From the NCBI RefSeq assembly GCF_006345805.1, contig NC_043009.1, positions 7,998,001 through 8,062,000 on the forward strand: a stretch of DNA of 64,000 nt. Reading direction: 5' to 3'. The stretch is from Octopus sinensis (Eukaryota). Within the stretch, counting starts at the first letter, position 1. Every line of letters begins with the position of its first letter. The notes below the pieces were generated by a model, which saw nothing but the letters and a program-made list of their open reading frames with translations, did not search any database and was not told the origin of the DNA. The translations under genes were made by a program, and so were the position numbers. Shown piece by piece: positions 48,781-63,214 of this stretch.

Positions 48781-49859
48781 TGTGTGTGTGTGGGGGAGTT
48801 GTTAGAGCATTGGATAAGATGCATTGTTGTATGTGTTGCAGTTTGTTATGTTCTGAGTTTACATTTCACCTTATTTGCTGATAGCCAGGGCTAATGAATT
48901 GACCATGAGAGCACCCCATGGAACCTTCAATTGGCCAGCATGCACAGATAGACCTACAACCAGCTGGCAATGACACGAGGAGGCTTTCATTCAGCAACAG
49001 ATTAACAATAGCTGTAAAGTAGTAGCTAACAAGTCATGTGACCATAGATCGCTTGTTGGTTCTTTATTGTTGTTTGACCTCAGACCTTGATCAAGTACAT
49101 TTATGGTCAAAAACAAATTAACTTTGCATGACCATCTTGTTTTTATATTTTATTTTTTTTCCTGCTTATGTGTAGTACCCAGGATATATTATCAAATGTG
49201 CTCCTTCTTTTCATTAAGGCTGTAGGGAGCAGCTTGAGGGAATATTTGGTTGCTATTTCTAGCAGGTTCAGTGACTATGCAGACGCTCCTTTGCAGGCTT
49301 CTGCTGAATGTCATATCTTAAATTTCTACCCCCACCCATTGCAATCAAAGACTTCATGTTTAAGTAACTAATTCTTACAACTGGTTTATTGTTATGTCAC
49401 ATCATTGTTGCTTTTGTTGTCACCGATATTATTGTTACTATCATCATTGCTATTGTTGTTGTTGTTCTTCATATTGTCATCATTGTTGGTTGTTGAGCCA
49501 TCTTTTTTTTTCTTCTTTCCATTGTTGTTGTCATTGATGATATGTTAATACTTGTAATAGTAGTAGTAATAGTTGTTGGTATGTCACTGTTGTAGCTATT
49601 GCTTGGTAGCTTTCGGTAAATTTGAAAGTGATAATAATTTGTCACTGACAGACAGTATTCCAATTAAATACCATTTGAGTTTGTCTCATGTTAACAGTAA
49701 ATCCTCATTCAACTGACATTTCTTATATGACGTGAATACTTTTCATTTACGCTACTACTCTCTTTAATTGAACAAAACTATTTCTTCCCCCCCTCTCTCT
49801 CTCCCCCTTGCTTGCTCACCATGTATCCTGCTCTTTTTATTTTATTCATGCATTTAAAC

Positions 49860-50154
49860 GTGTGCGAAGCAAATTTATATATATATATGCACACACACGC
49901 ATATATGCAGACACACATATATGCACACATGCACACATATATGCACACACGCACACATATATGCACACACACATATATGCACACACATATATATGCACAC
50001 ACACATATACATATTAATATATGCATACATACAGACACACACACATATATATGCATAAACACACATATATATGTGCATAAACACACATATATGCATACAT
50101 ATATTTGATGATTGCTGCTGCTTTTTAGAATATTGTCATACTGCATATATGTAG

Positions 50155-50199
<45 letters not shown>

Positions 50200-50290
50200 T
50201 TCTACTTCTTTGAGAATATTGCCATACATATATAAATATATATATATAAATATATATATATAAATATATATATATACACACATATATTTT
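49860..50290. repeat. (CATATATGCACACA)-type compound microsatellite
   Basis: Directly visible; similar tracts at 27905-28190 and 40760-40980. Confidence 0.9.
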
Positions 50291-50542
50291 GCTACAGTAG
50301 TATTTGTTAACCTACTGTTTTATGACTTAAATTTTCCTGTCTGTGGCAAAAATTTTGCATATAGCAATCATCAGAATGATTTTTGAAATGTAGGTTCTTA
50401 ATTTTCAAATCCGCTTGATAATTGCTATATGCAAATTTTTTGGCTAGAAACAGGAAAAATGTAAGCCAGCAACAGATTACTATGCGGCAATCTACCACAT
50501 GTAGCGAGTACTCTTTAATTTGCTCATGATAACACTTGTAAC

Positions 50543-50593
<51 letters not shown>

Positions 50594-51197
50594 CTGGTAG
50601 TGATGAAGTATAGTTAGTATTTTCAGAATTACTCACATACACACACTCATATACACACACTGATATACACACACACACATTTTTGCATACATGATATTTA
50701 TAATTTTCAAGAAAAAGAGAAGTTTTCCCCAAAGTCATTTGCAATATAAGTGAATCAGTTCAAACAGACTTATAAATTTGGTTTGCCAAGAATTTATCAA
50801 TTCGGTATGTCCACTCCCCATCTCTCTCTCTATATATATTTATAACGTGCTTTCTCCGAGTATGTGGGTGCATTGCTGATAAATTCCTGGCAAACCAAAT
50901 TTGTGAATCTGTTAGAACTTGTAGCCTAAATATTGCAAACCACTTCAGGGAAAAGGCTTGATTATCCGTCATTATTGTCCTTCAACATTGCCTCTATAGA
51001 AATGTGCTTGTGTGCTGTTTATGTCCCTAACTATTCCTTTCCTAGTACAATAAAACAAATCTATCAAACACTTTGATACCCTTGTTTATACCAAATTTGT
51101 TTGTTTGGTGAAGAAATTTCTAATTGGTTACTCCAGCTGCCAGAAATATCAACCAAATCTCTTATTTCAAATCACACATTATCTTTAATCCTTTAGT

Positions 51198-51364
51198 ATA
51201 GGCGTAGGAGTGGTTGTGTGGTAAGTAGCTTGCTTACCAACCACATGGTTCCGGGTTCAGTCCCTCTGTGTGGCACCTGGGCAAGTGTCTTCTTCTATAG
51301 CCTTGGGCCGACCAAAGCCTTGTGAGTGGATTTGATAGACAGAAACTGAAAGAAGCCTGTCGTA

Positions 51365-51395
<31 letters not shown>

Positions 51396-51487
51396 TTACG
51401 TGTGTATATATGTTTTTGTGTCTGTGTTTGTCCCCCCAACATCGCTTGACAACTGATGCTGGTGTGTTTACATCCCCGTAACTTAGT
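51198..51487 (+). mobile_element. SINE family A, 3' truncated where a piggyBac-like MITE end begins (51490-51563)
   Basis: Head, microsatellite and the start of module A, then AAATGCTAAAGGGTTAA. Confidence 0.8.
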
Positions 51488-54480
51488 GGAACTGGCTGGT
51501 TTGAACATAAAACAGGTAGGATATTTGGGCTGGATATGACCAATTTAAATGCTAAAGGGTTAAAAAATCATATGGGCTCTCACAGCTGACACATCTTTCA
51601 TTCATCAAAACTAAACTGAGGCTAAACAACAAATCCCAATATTTTGTCATTGATTACTAAGTATCATTTTAAATATTCTTCCTTTTTAGTTTTCTGTTTT
51701 GCTTGTTAAACTAATAATGTATACATAAAAAAAAAATGCTTACTTAGTGACTTTCTCTTATCAGTACCTGTTAAGGCATTTGAAACATGTCCAGAGATAT
51801 AGTTCTATACTTTTGAGATGTAACCAATACTTTCAGAAGTGATTAAAATAATATCAGCCTTTAAGCTAATGTTTTTTTCTTCACTGCATGATTAAAGTTT
51901 TTGTTGCGCTCTGTAAACACTAACTTTATTATTATACACAAAATATAGCTTAGTGAAAATGCTTCAGGGGTATGTTTTGCATACTAAATAGACAGTAAGG
52001 TCTCAGATTATTAGTGTGGTTTGTAGATTAAAGCTCCCTACTACATATAACATAAAAACACAAGCAAGAGAAATAAATTGAACAAAATTATTTGAAATTT
52101 TTGAAAATAAAGATGATGTTGGAATTGGCTCTTGTCATTAAAGTCAGCTGTTGACAGCATCAGGTGTGTTTTGATTGTATTTGATCATCTCAGGGAAGCA
52201 TATTGTAATTAGTATATAGAGAAATGAACCAAAAGTATTGATATTGATTAATATACAATCATCTTAGAGTCTCAAACATTGAGGAAGACACATTGAATAA
52301 TCTGATCCTGATGTACATCATACTTCTTTTAAAAAAACAGGGATGATCAGGACTAGATTTCCTTTGATCACAGAGGTCTGCTGGATGGGGTTTCACTTCG
52401 GGCAGCAACAACTCAGAATAATGAACTCCATATATGGAAAACTGTTGTGAAAAGATCCTAACCACCCCCACATGACCAAAAGTGAACTGATGCATTTCAA
52501 TAAGTCAGCAGTTAATGGTGTTGATTGTTCATATTGGATTACTGTGTTAGTTTAATATCATACATATGTTTGGTAGAGTACGGAACATGTTCTATGTGAA
52601 CATAATAATTCTGCGAAAGGTTATTGTAGATAACCATATCCAAATATTTATATGGGTAATACTATTCCTACACCCTTGTGCAAATCACAAAGGCATCATA
52701 ACATTATTGGTGATGAGATATTCAAACCCGAAGACATAACAAAAACGAAAAAGGATAATTTAGAAGAGGAAAAAAATTAGTGCAAGAAGTAAAGGAGGAA
52801 AACACCAGACTCATTTCAGTATTATTAGATCTCATCAGCAGGCAAAGTCTAATCAGATTAGAGAGATTTAGGTTTGCCAGGAGTGAACACTGCATGGTAG
52901 AGTAACTTCATAAAATAAATATGTGGGGAAGTGCTCAGGGACTCCTGCAGATAAAAATTTAATAGTAAAGTAGATACTAGCATACTTCACTGAATAAACC
53001 AAGGAATTTTAATTCATTAAAATTTCACCCTTTGTGATGAGAATTTGGTTAGTTCTGTGTCTGTGACTTAAGTCTACATCACACAGCTGACTACACAGCT
53101 GTCTACAGCTATTTAATTACAACCACATTTCACCAATTTTATTTTTCCTTGATGGTGTTTAAATAGTTTAAATTAAACAGAATTTCCAAAATTGCTGCTG
53201 TTCAGTAGTCAACCAGAGGATTAACTGATTAACCATTTCAAGAAATTTAGCAATGATCATTAATCAACTAATGTGGCAGCAACCAATTTATTTCAAACTC
53301 ATTTATTTTTCTTATTTTTTCAGTATTTAAAAGCAAAAATGTTGTTGTTATTAAATATAAACTAAATGTCAGTTTGGCTTGGTTAAGCAGACGAAGCTAG
53401 TTCAGTCCCAGTTGTCAGATAGAATTTCCCTTTGAATCATTTGGCTTGTGTTTCCACTATTAGAGCAGAACTGAATGCAAAACATAAAACTACAATGTTT
53501 TATCCCTGTATTATTGAAATACTGGTTGAAAAAATAAAAAAAGTTTGGGGTCTCAGAAAATATTCTCTAGACATTTTGTGTGAAGATCCTAATATAGGTA
53601 TCAACTTATCTTGACCTTAAGGAGTAGAGAAGAGTGAGGTTATTTTTTGGAAGGAGAAAGAACTTTTCTGGGTATCTAATAGAGTTGAATTCATTGAAAA
53701 GATATTAGGTGTCCTTCTGGGATTGAAGAATGAAAGGAGCCATCATGGTAGCAAACAGTGACAATAGCTGTATATGTGAATTTGTGTGTGTGTGTGAATA
53801 AATATGTGTCTATGTGTGAGAGAGGATAGGGAGGGGATTGCTATGTTTGTTTTTGTTATTTTGACTAAAAAAAAATTTTTTTAATGTATGTTGTTTCTGT
53901 GTTCTTCAGGGCAATGAAATTTTGATTTGCATAATGGAGTAAATATTATTCAAATAAACTGAAATGAGATACACAGTAACTGAATTGTTCCTTATGTATA
54001 TCTTTCTTGATTTTGGAATTTTACTTGGAATGTGAGTCGTTCATGGATATTTTACTAAAAGAGAAAGTTACCCTGGGAAGAGAGTAACCACCAGCAACTA
54101 AAAGGGTGTGACTATATATATTCAAGACACAATAATAGGCTGTTGATTTTTCTGAATAGAGTAGATAAATTGGCATAAATGTTTTAGTTGGACCTCACAC
54201 AGAGGGGTGTGAATCTACTATATGAGATTGTAGATGGAAATTTTGTGGGATAAAGCTAGCAGTTTGGAAAGCAATAGTTTAAGGATGGTCATATTGTTTT
54301 TTTCTTCTTAAGCTGTTAGTTGTTCTACACTAAAGATGGTCGTATAAAAGACTCAGTCCTTAAAAGACAGCTAAGAGCAGTGGTTTTGTTGACATTTTTG
54401 AGATTGTGTTGCTCTAAGCAAGTGTTTTGTACTATAGCCCCAGGCTGACCAAAGTAGGTTTGGTTGATAGAAACTGAAAT

Positions 54481-54780
54481 TGGGTGCATGGCTTAGTGGT
54501 TAGGGTGTTGCACTCATGATATAGCAATCATGATTTCAACTCCCAAACTGGATGGTGCATTGTGTTCTTGAGCAAAACACTTCACTCACGTTGCTCTGTG
54601 GTCATTTTGACACCTGATGTGTGGTACATTGTGCATCTGTTCAGACAACATCAATTTGATGGAGAGAATGAGCTAATGTGTAACACAAACACTTGATCAC
54701 TATAAACAAATCATTTGAGCAGTTTGTTTGGCAAAAGTTGAATGCTCATACATCATCTTTTACGGGAGAGTCCATCATTA
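54481..54780 (+). mobile_element. Family C-type headed SINE inserted between an A head and module B
   Basis: TGGCTTAGTGGTTAGGG head and TTCTTGAGCAAAACAC core. A-head remnant at 54410-54480 and module B at 54790-55010. Confidence 0.65.
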
Positions 54781-56056
54781 CGTGTATGTAAGTGTCCCCT
54801 TGTCTTAATTTTGTGTGATTGTTGTAGATGAAGGGCTTTCATTTCCAATATTTTGTAAAAACATATCTGGCCACTGGGAAATATTACTTTGCTTGGAAAC
54901 AAATGAGGGTTGGGGATAAGACAAGCATCTGGTTATAAAGAATCTGCCTTAATAAACTCTGTATGGTCCATATAGGCAAGGATATTACAATAAACTATGA
55001 TGATGATAATTGGTTGCCTTGTTTTGTCCATCATATGAAGAACATTTTTCAAGATGCTGGAGTATTGGTAGGGATTTGCCTTAAATCATATATTTTTTAA
55101 TCTGTGGGACACTTAGATACTCTTTGCGGTTAGCTCTGTGCATGGCACACTGTTTAAAATTTACTGGCTTGATGATTCTAAAGTGTGTAAATTTGGATGA
55201 GTTCTCACTAGTACTAACATGCTATCTTAAAGATAGTGATTTGGCTATGACATGGGCTTTGATATATAGTGATTCGGAATATAGGATAGAGAGAGATTCC
55301 AGCTGTGACCATCTCATATTTTTCCTAGGAGCAGGCAACCCGGGATTATATTAACCAGTTTGTCCTTCTCTAAGATGGTATAGGCTGGATTCTTGAAGAT
55401 TTGGTGACTATTCCTAGCAGACTGAGAATGACTTTGATCATAGTGCTGCTTTTTTGAAAAACAATAAGCAAAAATAGCACACAAACACATCTATAGATAA
55501 ACAGATAGACATGTGGCCACAGCTGTCTTTTGCTACTAACTTTGTGTGTGTATGAATGTGTGTATATGTATATATATAAATGTATACTTTGATGGAAACA
55601 AAAATATACATATATACAACATATATTTACACTCATACCAGCTTGTATGTGGATGTACACACACATACAGATTTTAAAGGCTAGCAACATCATCAATATT
55701 GTTTGTATTATGGCAACATACAGAATTCATTTAAGTCTGTTATCACCAACCTGCTATTCCAGGAGAGAAATGACCTTAGTTCACATGTGCACATGCATTA
55801 AAAAAGAGGGTGGGGGGAACGGAAAATAAATTCTTTGTTGATATATGCATGCCATGGGGAAAAGAGAATCTTGGAGAAGGAGAGGTTTGCTCAGACATCA
55901 AGTTTCTCATCTCCCTGTGGCATATGAACTTTTCCAAATTTTCAGATTTATATTAAGAAACTTACCAACCCAGGATATCATCCCAATTTCTCATTTTTTA
56001 GAGTCTATAAATACAAATTTATTTATACCCACCTCCAAAAGGTAACAATATACAAC

Positions 56057-56087
<31 letters not shown>

Positions 56088-56184
56088 ATGTATGTATGTC
56101 TGTTTGTCTGTCTGTCTGTCTGTCAGTCGGTCGGTCTGTCTGCAAATGTAGTATGTGCGTATTTTTGTATGTGTCTAAGTGTAT

Positions 56185-56700
56185 CGTCATCATCATTTAG
56201 CATCCGCTTTCCATCCTGGTTTGATTGGAGCTGGTAAGCCAGAGAGCTACACCAAGCTCCAATCTGTTTTGACTTGGTTTCTACAGCTGGATACCCTTTC
56301 TAACACCAACCATTCTATGGAGTGTATTGGGTGTCTTTTATTTGTCCTCAGTACAGGTGCCTTTTATGTGTCACAAACACGAGTGCCCTTCATGTGTCAC
56401 AAACACGAGTGCCTCACACGTGTCACCAACCCTGGCCATAACTACTGTTTTACTTAGTTTGACATGTCTTCTCAGATATATATATCATCATCATTGTTTA
56501 ACATCCATCTTCCATGAATGCAGTAAGACTATTGACAGGATCTGGCCAGGTAAAAAAAATACTACCCTAGGCTACTCTGTCTGTTTTGACAGGGATTTTA
56601 TTGCTGGATGCCCTTCCTAACACCAACCACTCTATAGAGTGGCCTCAGTGCTTTTTATGTGGCCCTAGCACAGGTGAGGTTAGTTTTGGCATGATTTTTA
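56185..56700 (-). mobile_element. Two tandem family D elements with a 23-bp internal repeat
   Basis: CATCATCATTTA starts, GGAT(A/G)CCCTT cores, and repeated ATGTGTCACAAACACGAGTGCC. Confidence 0.75.
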
Positions 56701-57690
56701 CAGCTATATGTATAACAGTTTCTTCTTTAAGAGCACGTGTGTTTGAAAAGGTTAAATGAAAGCACTCACACATTAGAAAAAAATTATTCCCAAAAAAGGT
56801 TAGTAACATCCTCATAAAAGATTTCATAACATTCGTTTAAAAAATAATTTTGAAAAAAAATCACCTTTACACTTCAAAAACTGTATTAAGTAATTCACAT
56901 AGGCTTTCAAGTGTGTGTGTGTGAGGATGTTCAAGTGAGGGTAAGCTTCCGGTGCATGACTTGATTTGATTTTAGTTCAAGTTTTACAATCTCACTCTGT
57001 TTTATTTTTGCCTCATAGAAGTCAGTTTGTTTGTAGTCAATAATCTGGAAGTTGAAGAGTTCTTTGAGAGTAACCTCACTTATTGCACGAATATCTTCAG
57101 CTTAATGCTTACACATCTAATTCCTATCCAACTCCATGAACCTTCACGTTCTTTTACTTTTCTTTCCTAGGTTTCTCAACTTTTCCACAACACCACCCTT
57201 CTTGCTTGCTGATTCTGTACCTTTACTCACATTTCTTCAAACAAAGCACCAGAGTGAAGGAACGTCATTTTCTTCAATCTTTATGGCAAATAAATTTTAT
57301 TAGTGTTCCAATTTTTCACAGAGAATTATTATTGCTTGCACAGCTTCCTGCTCTTAGAAATATCACCATGAAACATAATATACAAAATAACAATTCTCTG
57401 TTGCATGTATCAGAGAATGAAAGACTATGACAAGTGAGAGATGATGTGGTGGAACAGACTCATCTAACCCATGCCATTATGGCAAATAGACATAAGATGA
57501 CAGGGATGACATGTATATGTATTGTTGATGTCATAAGAATTTTGAAACTTCAAGAGAATGTGAAATAATTATCTTTTCTAACTTAGGATCTTGAAACAGA
57601 AAAGCTAATGATAATGGTGTGTAAATATCAAATAAAAAGATCCTTTGGAAAGAAATAGTTGAAAGCTGCTTTGGCAACCTTATATATTGA

Positions 57691-57723
<33 letters not shown>

Positions 57724-57746
57724 AACACACACACACACACACACAC

Positions 57747-59018
57747 ACATGGTGCAATGGGTAAATTGTTGCTGTTTTTAATTTGTGCATGTGCGTTGTT
57801 ATTGATTTTGTCGACTACACAGTATAGTAGAGTCAGTTGGGCACGGTCTGTGAGAAAATCAGCACTATGTGCCAGAAATTTGAAAATGACATGCTGTACT
57901 GCATGGCATTAATGCTGGATTCTCCAATATGAACATTTCAGAGTATTTGGGTGTCAATCTGAGGACAGTGCAGAGAATTAGGAAAGAGTTGGATAAGTCT
58001 AATGTGGATTACAAAGGTACAGCAGCTCGGAAAGCTCATTCTCATCATTCTGATGAGAAAAGAACTGAAATTGTTAGTGAGATCCAGGCCATGATTGACA
58101 ATGATCCCTCCAAGTCAGTCAGGTCCATCACCAGGAACATGAGAGTGTCTGAGTTTCTTATCATGCAGGTAGTTCATGAAGAAATTCGATATTCCTCACA
58201 CAAGATAAGAAAGGGCCAATTTTTATCCCAAGCCATCAAGGACAAGAGGAAACACCGTGCTACGAATGTTCTAAACAAACTCAGGCATTCCCTCCAAACG
58301 ATTGTGCTTTGGTTTTTCTCAGATGAGAAAAATTTCTGCCAGGATCAGATGGTGAACACACAGAACAACCATTGGCTTGCTGTGTCCCCAAAACAAATAC
58401 TGAGACTGATAAAAATCAAACATCCATTTAACATCATGGTGTTTAGAGTGATCACTAGTGATGGCGACGTTATGATCCCATTCATCTTCCCACATGGCTT
58501 CAAACTCAACATGGAAGCCTACATCAAGTGCCTGAAGGATGTAGTGCTGCTCTGGGTCTAAAGGGTGGCTGCTGGAAGATGCTATGTTTGGCAACAAGAC
58601 TCTGCACCATGTCACACAAGCAGGAGAATCCAGTCATGACTGTCTGGCAATTTCTGCAACCACATCACCCCTAACATCTGACCTCCTAACTGCCCAGACA
58701 GCAACCCTTTGATTATGTGTAGAGCGCAGTTGATTGAGACACCAACAAAACTCCCTGAAACCCAAGATGAACCAAAGGCAAGGATTATGGCAGTATTCAC
58801 CAACTTAAACTAAGAGACCATCCAGAAGAGTTGCAGGAAATTCCGAAGCCGTCTGGAGGCCATGGTCGAAGCTAATGGTGATTTTTTTTTTGAATAAATT
58901 TTCTTTAGTATTTCAAGATATATTTATGTAATTTTAGTAAATATATCTGTTAAAATGAGATGTTGGTGTTATTTTCCTTTTTGTGTAATTTAGACAATTT
59001 ATTCTTTACCGCACCCTG
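57747..59018 (+). pseudogene. Near full-length Tc1/mariner element of the DD37D (maT) type, inactivated
   Basis: ORF 57929-58561 has an HTH-like N-terminus and WFFSDEKNF. In-frame continuation past the stop gives WQQDSAPCHT...PPNCPDSNP(L)DY, with 37 residues between the 2nd and 3rd Asp after correcting a 1-bp deletion. The right end CACCCTG-TA partly mirrors the left ACATGGTGC...TAAATTGT. Confidence 0.92.
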
Positions 59019-59577
59019 TATATAAATGTATGAGTGAGTGTATGTGTGTGTGTGTGTATATATATATATATAGATGAGTGTATTTTTACCTTGTTAACAA
59101 TTAACACTGAAAAAATACAAAGGCAAGGAATTCTGTCTTCTGTAATTCTGAACTATTTTTCATTATTTTTCTAAAATTCCCCTAGTAAACACAGTTATAG
59201 AGCATGCATACCGATGTAAACATTGGCAAAAACACACCTTTAGTTCCTATAAGTAATCTCTATCATTATACATAATTTAAACATTAATTTTCTTTTATAT
59301 TTAACATACACTAAAAATATCCCTCCTCTTTCTATAGGCTACTTCTGACGTTATATCATATAACGTTTTTTTAAAAAATATTAATAGCATTCAGTAAATC
59401 ATTATACATATCCATCATTTTCTGTTAAAATGTCTTATTGACGAGTTTCATTTCTTCACTTCCCTGAAGAGAAGATTACATTGATTTACACCATTTATTC
59501 TTTGGAATAATATCAGTGAAATCTTTGAAACATGTGTCAGAAGTAAAAGTATTTGAATTACACCTGCGTTAAACTCT

Positions 59578-59622
<45 letters not shown>

Positions 59623-59639
59623 CATACATACATACATAA

Positions 59640-59857
59640 TATTGGTTTCAAATTTTGGTACAAGGTCAGAAATTTTGGTGAGTGAGATAGTTGATAACAC
59701 CAACCCCAGTACTCAACTGGTACTTATTTTATTGACCCTGAAAGAATGAAAGTCAAAGTCAAACTTGGTGGAATTTGAACTCAGAACATAAAGATGGATG
59801 AAATGCTGCCAAGCATTTTGTTTAACATGCTTATGATTCTGCCAGTTCCCTGCCTAT
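59640..59857 (-). mobile_element. SINE family B
   Basis: Reverse-complement head and central domain. Confidence 0.8.
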
Positions 59858-60359
59858 ATATATATATATAATTAAATAATAATAAATCTATGTGGCTTGT
59901 TTAAATATAGAGAGAGTAATGTCTCAATACAAAATTAGTAAAGTGATGTGTGTGTGTGTGTGTCATATATGTATGAATGTTAGTATTTTGCTTGTCATTT
60001 GAGCAAAGTGGTGCTTATGTTGACATACCTTGTTCACATTACAACTAATTGCATTATGTTTTTTGAAAACCTGTGGAATATATAAATTCCTTACCTAAAA
60101 AAAACAAGTGAGGTTTGATCGCAGGAAGAGCATCTGGTCATAAAATCCTACCTCAAAATGAATTCCTATCCTAGCTATGCTAATAAAATTGAACAGATAA
60201 GTGAATGAAATAGATATAAAAAGATGTAAGTTCAAACTTAGAAAGTGAAGAAGAAAAAACTACTCAATAGTTGTTGAGTCATTTATTTGAAAGTATTGCA
60301 GCTGAGGAAACTTCAACTCTGAATAGATTAATAAATATGTTGAATGTTGAATAAATTAA

Positions 60360-60425
<66 letters not shown>

Positions 60426-60611
60426 TACATATTGATTGTTTCACCTTGACTACTTTCAGTAGGAAACCTAGATTTGTAAGTTTTGTTAAATTTCTTAACT
60501 AATATATTTTATATACTTCATTAGTGAGAGTATTACAATGTAGACACCATCAGTTGAAATAGCTAAAGTGCAATCTGTTATGTAACTAAATGTGTGTGTA
60601 TGTATATATGC

Positions 60612-60999
60612 AATGGTCCCTATCTGAAAGTTTTGGTTTTCTTCCAGAGTTTTGTTTTGACGAGGAGGTTTTTCCCTCTTTCTCAAAGGCTGTCATTACC
60701 TTCGAGACAGTACTTCTTGATACACCAAACATTTCGGCTGTTTTCATTACGCTAGCACCTGCCATATGAGCACCAACAATTTGACCTCTTAGAAAGTCCA
60801 ATAGATCTGTCATTTTAATGAATTTTAATTACCTTTTTCTGATGATATCCGAAAAGAAACAGCAATTTTAGCAAAATATATTAAGCAACACTAAAAATAA
60901 ATAAAAAAACATAAAAATAAACAAGCTTTTGATGATTTTATAGATATTTCAATATTATGATGCTATGATGCTAGGTGTTTCCATTATTTTGTCCAACCC

Positions 61000-61002
<3 letters not shown>
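60612..61002 (-). pseudogene. 5' fragment of a Tc1-family transposon (TIR + paired-like HTH)
   Basis: TA-CAGGGGTTGGACAAAATAATGGAAACACC terminus, and ORF MTDLLDFLRGQIVGAHMAGASVMKTAEMFGVSRSTVSKVMTAFEKEGKTSSSKQNSGRKPKLSDRD, truncated at a microsatellite. Confidence 0.92.
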
Positions 61003-61034
<32 letters not shown>

Positions 61035-61142
61035 TAAAACACAAAAGGGATTTTAAAATCCAGGCAGATACCTTATGAGCACTTTGTAATCCAAACGTGG
61101 CTAACTATATTGAACAGTAGGAAACACCAGGAATTGTGTAGG

Positions 61143-61555
61143 ATAGGCGCAGGAGTGGCTGTGTGGTAAGTAGCTTGTTTACCAACCACATGCTTCCGGG
61201 TTCAGTCCCACTGTGTGGCACCTTGGGCAAGTGTCTTCTACTATAGCCTCAGGCCGACCAAAGCCTTGTGAGTGGATTTGGTAGACGGAAACTGAAAGAA
61301 GCCCATCGTATATATGTATATATATATATATGTGTGTGTTTGTGTGAGTGTGTTTGTGCCCCTAGCATTGCTTGACAACCAATGCTGGTGTGTTTATGTC
61401 CCCATTACTTAGCGGTTCGGCAAAAGAGACCGATAGAATAAGTACTGGGCTTAGAAAAGAATAAGTCCTGGGGTCGAGTTGCTCGATTAAAGGCAGTGCT
61501 CCAGCATGGCCGCAGTCAAATGACTGAAACAAGTAAAAGAATAAAGAGTAAGAGT
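61143..61555 (+). mobile_element. Young SINE family A (closest to the apparent consensus)
   Basis: All modules intact with CpGs retained; tail GTAAAAGAATAAAAGAGTAAGAG. Confidence 0.92.
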
Positions 61556-63214
61556 AATAAGCACAGTCATACTGCCATTCATTTGGTAAATCGGGAGTTC
61601 ACTTTGAAGTATTTTGCATAAAATTCCAGTCTTTACATATATAATTAGCTAGGTTTGGCTATTGAAAGAGGTTTGAAGAAATATGCTTTCAATACCCAAA
61701 ACAAAATGTTTTTGTAAGAAAAGATGGAATAAATCTAGTTGTAACCTTATTTTAGCATTTTGTTATTTTTAATTGTTAATTTCCTAGTCAAACAATTAGT
61801 TTCAGTAAATGTGTGTAATCTCTATATATACATATACACACTCTGGATCAAAAGTTCTGCTCAGATAGAATTTCAGTGAGTATAAAAACGGCTGTGCAGT
61901 TAATTATTTTCCTGTTTAAAATACCATCTACCATCCCATTTTGTTTGATAAAAAAAAGTTTTTGCTTCATTAATTATGCTTGTCTATTATCTAATTTGAT
62001 GAGTTTACCACTCTTATATTATTTTTTTTTTATCTTAGGCAGTAATTAGAATTCTTACTAATGTTAATAAATGAGACTCATAAAGAAGTTATTTCCCTAA
62101 TAACAAAGATAAAAGCAAAAAAAAAAAAGGGAAAAAAAAACATTGTTAGTCATATGATATGTTAATTATATTTCTGTTTTGTGTCAGTTTGTTTTGCTAG
62201 GTGAAAAGTAACAAGAGGTTCTGCTATTAATGGTGACCTAAGCTTGGCATCTAGATCTCATGATTCTGCTTAATTTACAGAAATGTTCATATCAGTGATA
62301 ATGTAGATAGAATAGGAAAAAAGAGGCAGGAACTGTTGTTAATGATGACTGTATTTAATTATTATACTAGCTGCAGCTGGTTGACTTGTTTGAATGGTCG
62401 GCTATTTGGTTGTAAAGGATCTTTATTTTATTTAGGGATACATTTTGTCCATGATGGTACTCTTGGCTTCAGATGGGGGCAACATAAGATACAGAATATC
62501 ACTGCTGGGTTGTTGTTATTTAGTCACAGGTCTGCCATCATCATCATCATTTAGCGTCCGCTTTCCATGCTAGCATGGGTTGGACGGTTCAACTGGAGTC
62601 TGTGAAGCCAGAAAGCTGCATCAGGCCCAGTCTGGGCAAGTTATTGATCAAGGGCGTTGGCACTTATGAACATCTTCTCTTTTTAAGGGTTATCAAGGAC
62701 TACATTATGTAATGTGTCCTCTATTTTCAAGAATGTGGGATATTATTTTTAGAGACTTTGGCTGCTTTTTCTAGCAAGTTGAGTGACCATATAGAGGCTC
62801 TTACAAGTTGAAGTCAGGCATGGTGAGTTAAAATCTTCTATGGGTTATTTTGGGAGTAGTCGGTATCAGCTACAATTATCATCCGCACTGGGCTATAAGA
62901 TTGATAAACAAGCCCCTGGTGAATAGTTGGTCTGTTTCAGGCAGATCTCAGCAGGTTGTGTAGAGGCTGGCTGTTCTCTCATTGAGTGTTTAACATCAAT
63001 CAGCTCATTACTGGCATTATCTTCCACATTGATGCTTGCCTGAGATTCTACCAAACATGATAGCTTGCTCAAGGCTGTTGAATGGCTAAAATATGCTAGA
63101 AAGCATTTCTTTGGTATTCTGGGAATACAAGAATGAACTGACTGGATTGGTTCAGCAGGTGAGTTTTCCATCTTTATCGCAGAGGTTCTATGTACTTGCC
63201 ATTCATTAAGACAG

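Noticed and set aside
52100-52800. Non-repetitive, coding-looking island including a 78-aa minus ORF
   Set aside because: No consistent frame or recognisable motif on either strand.
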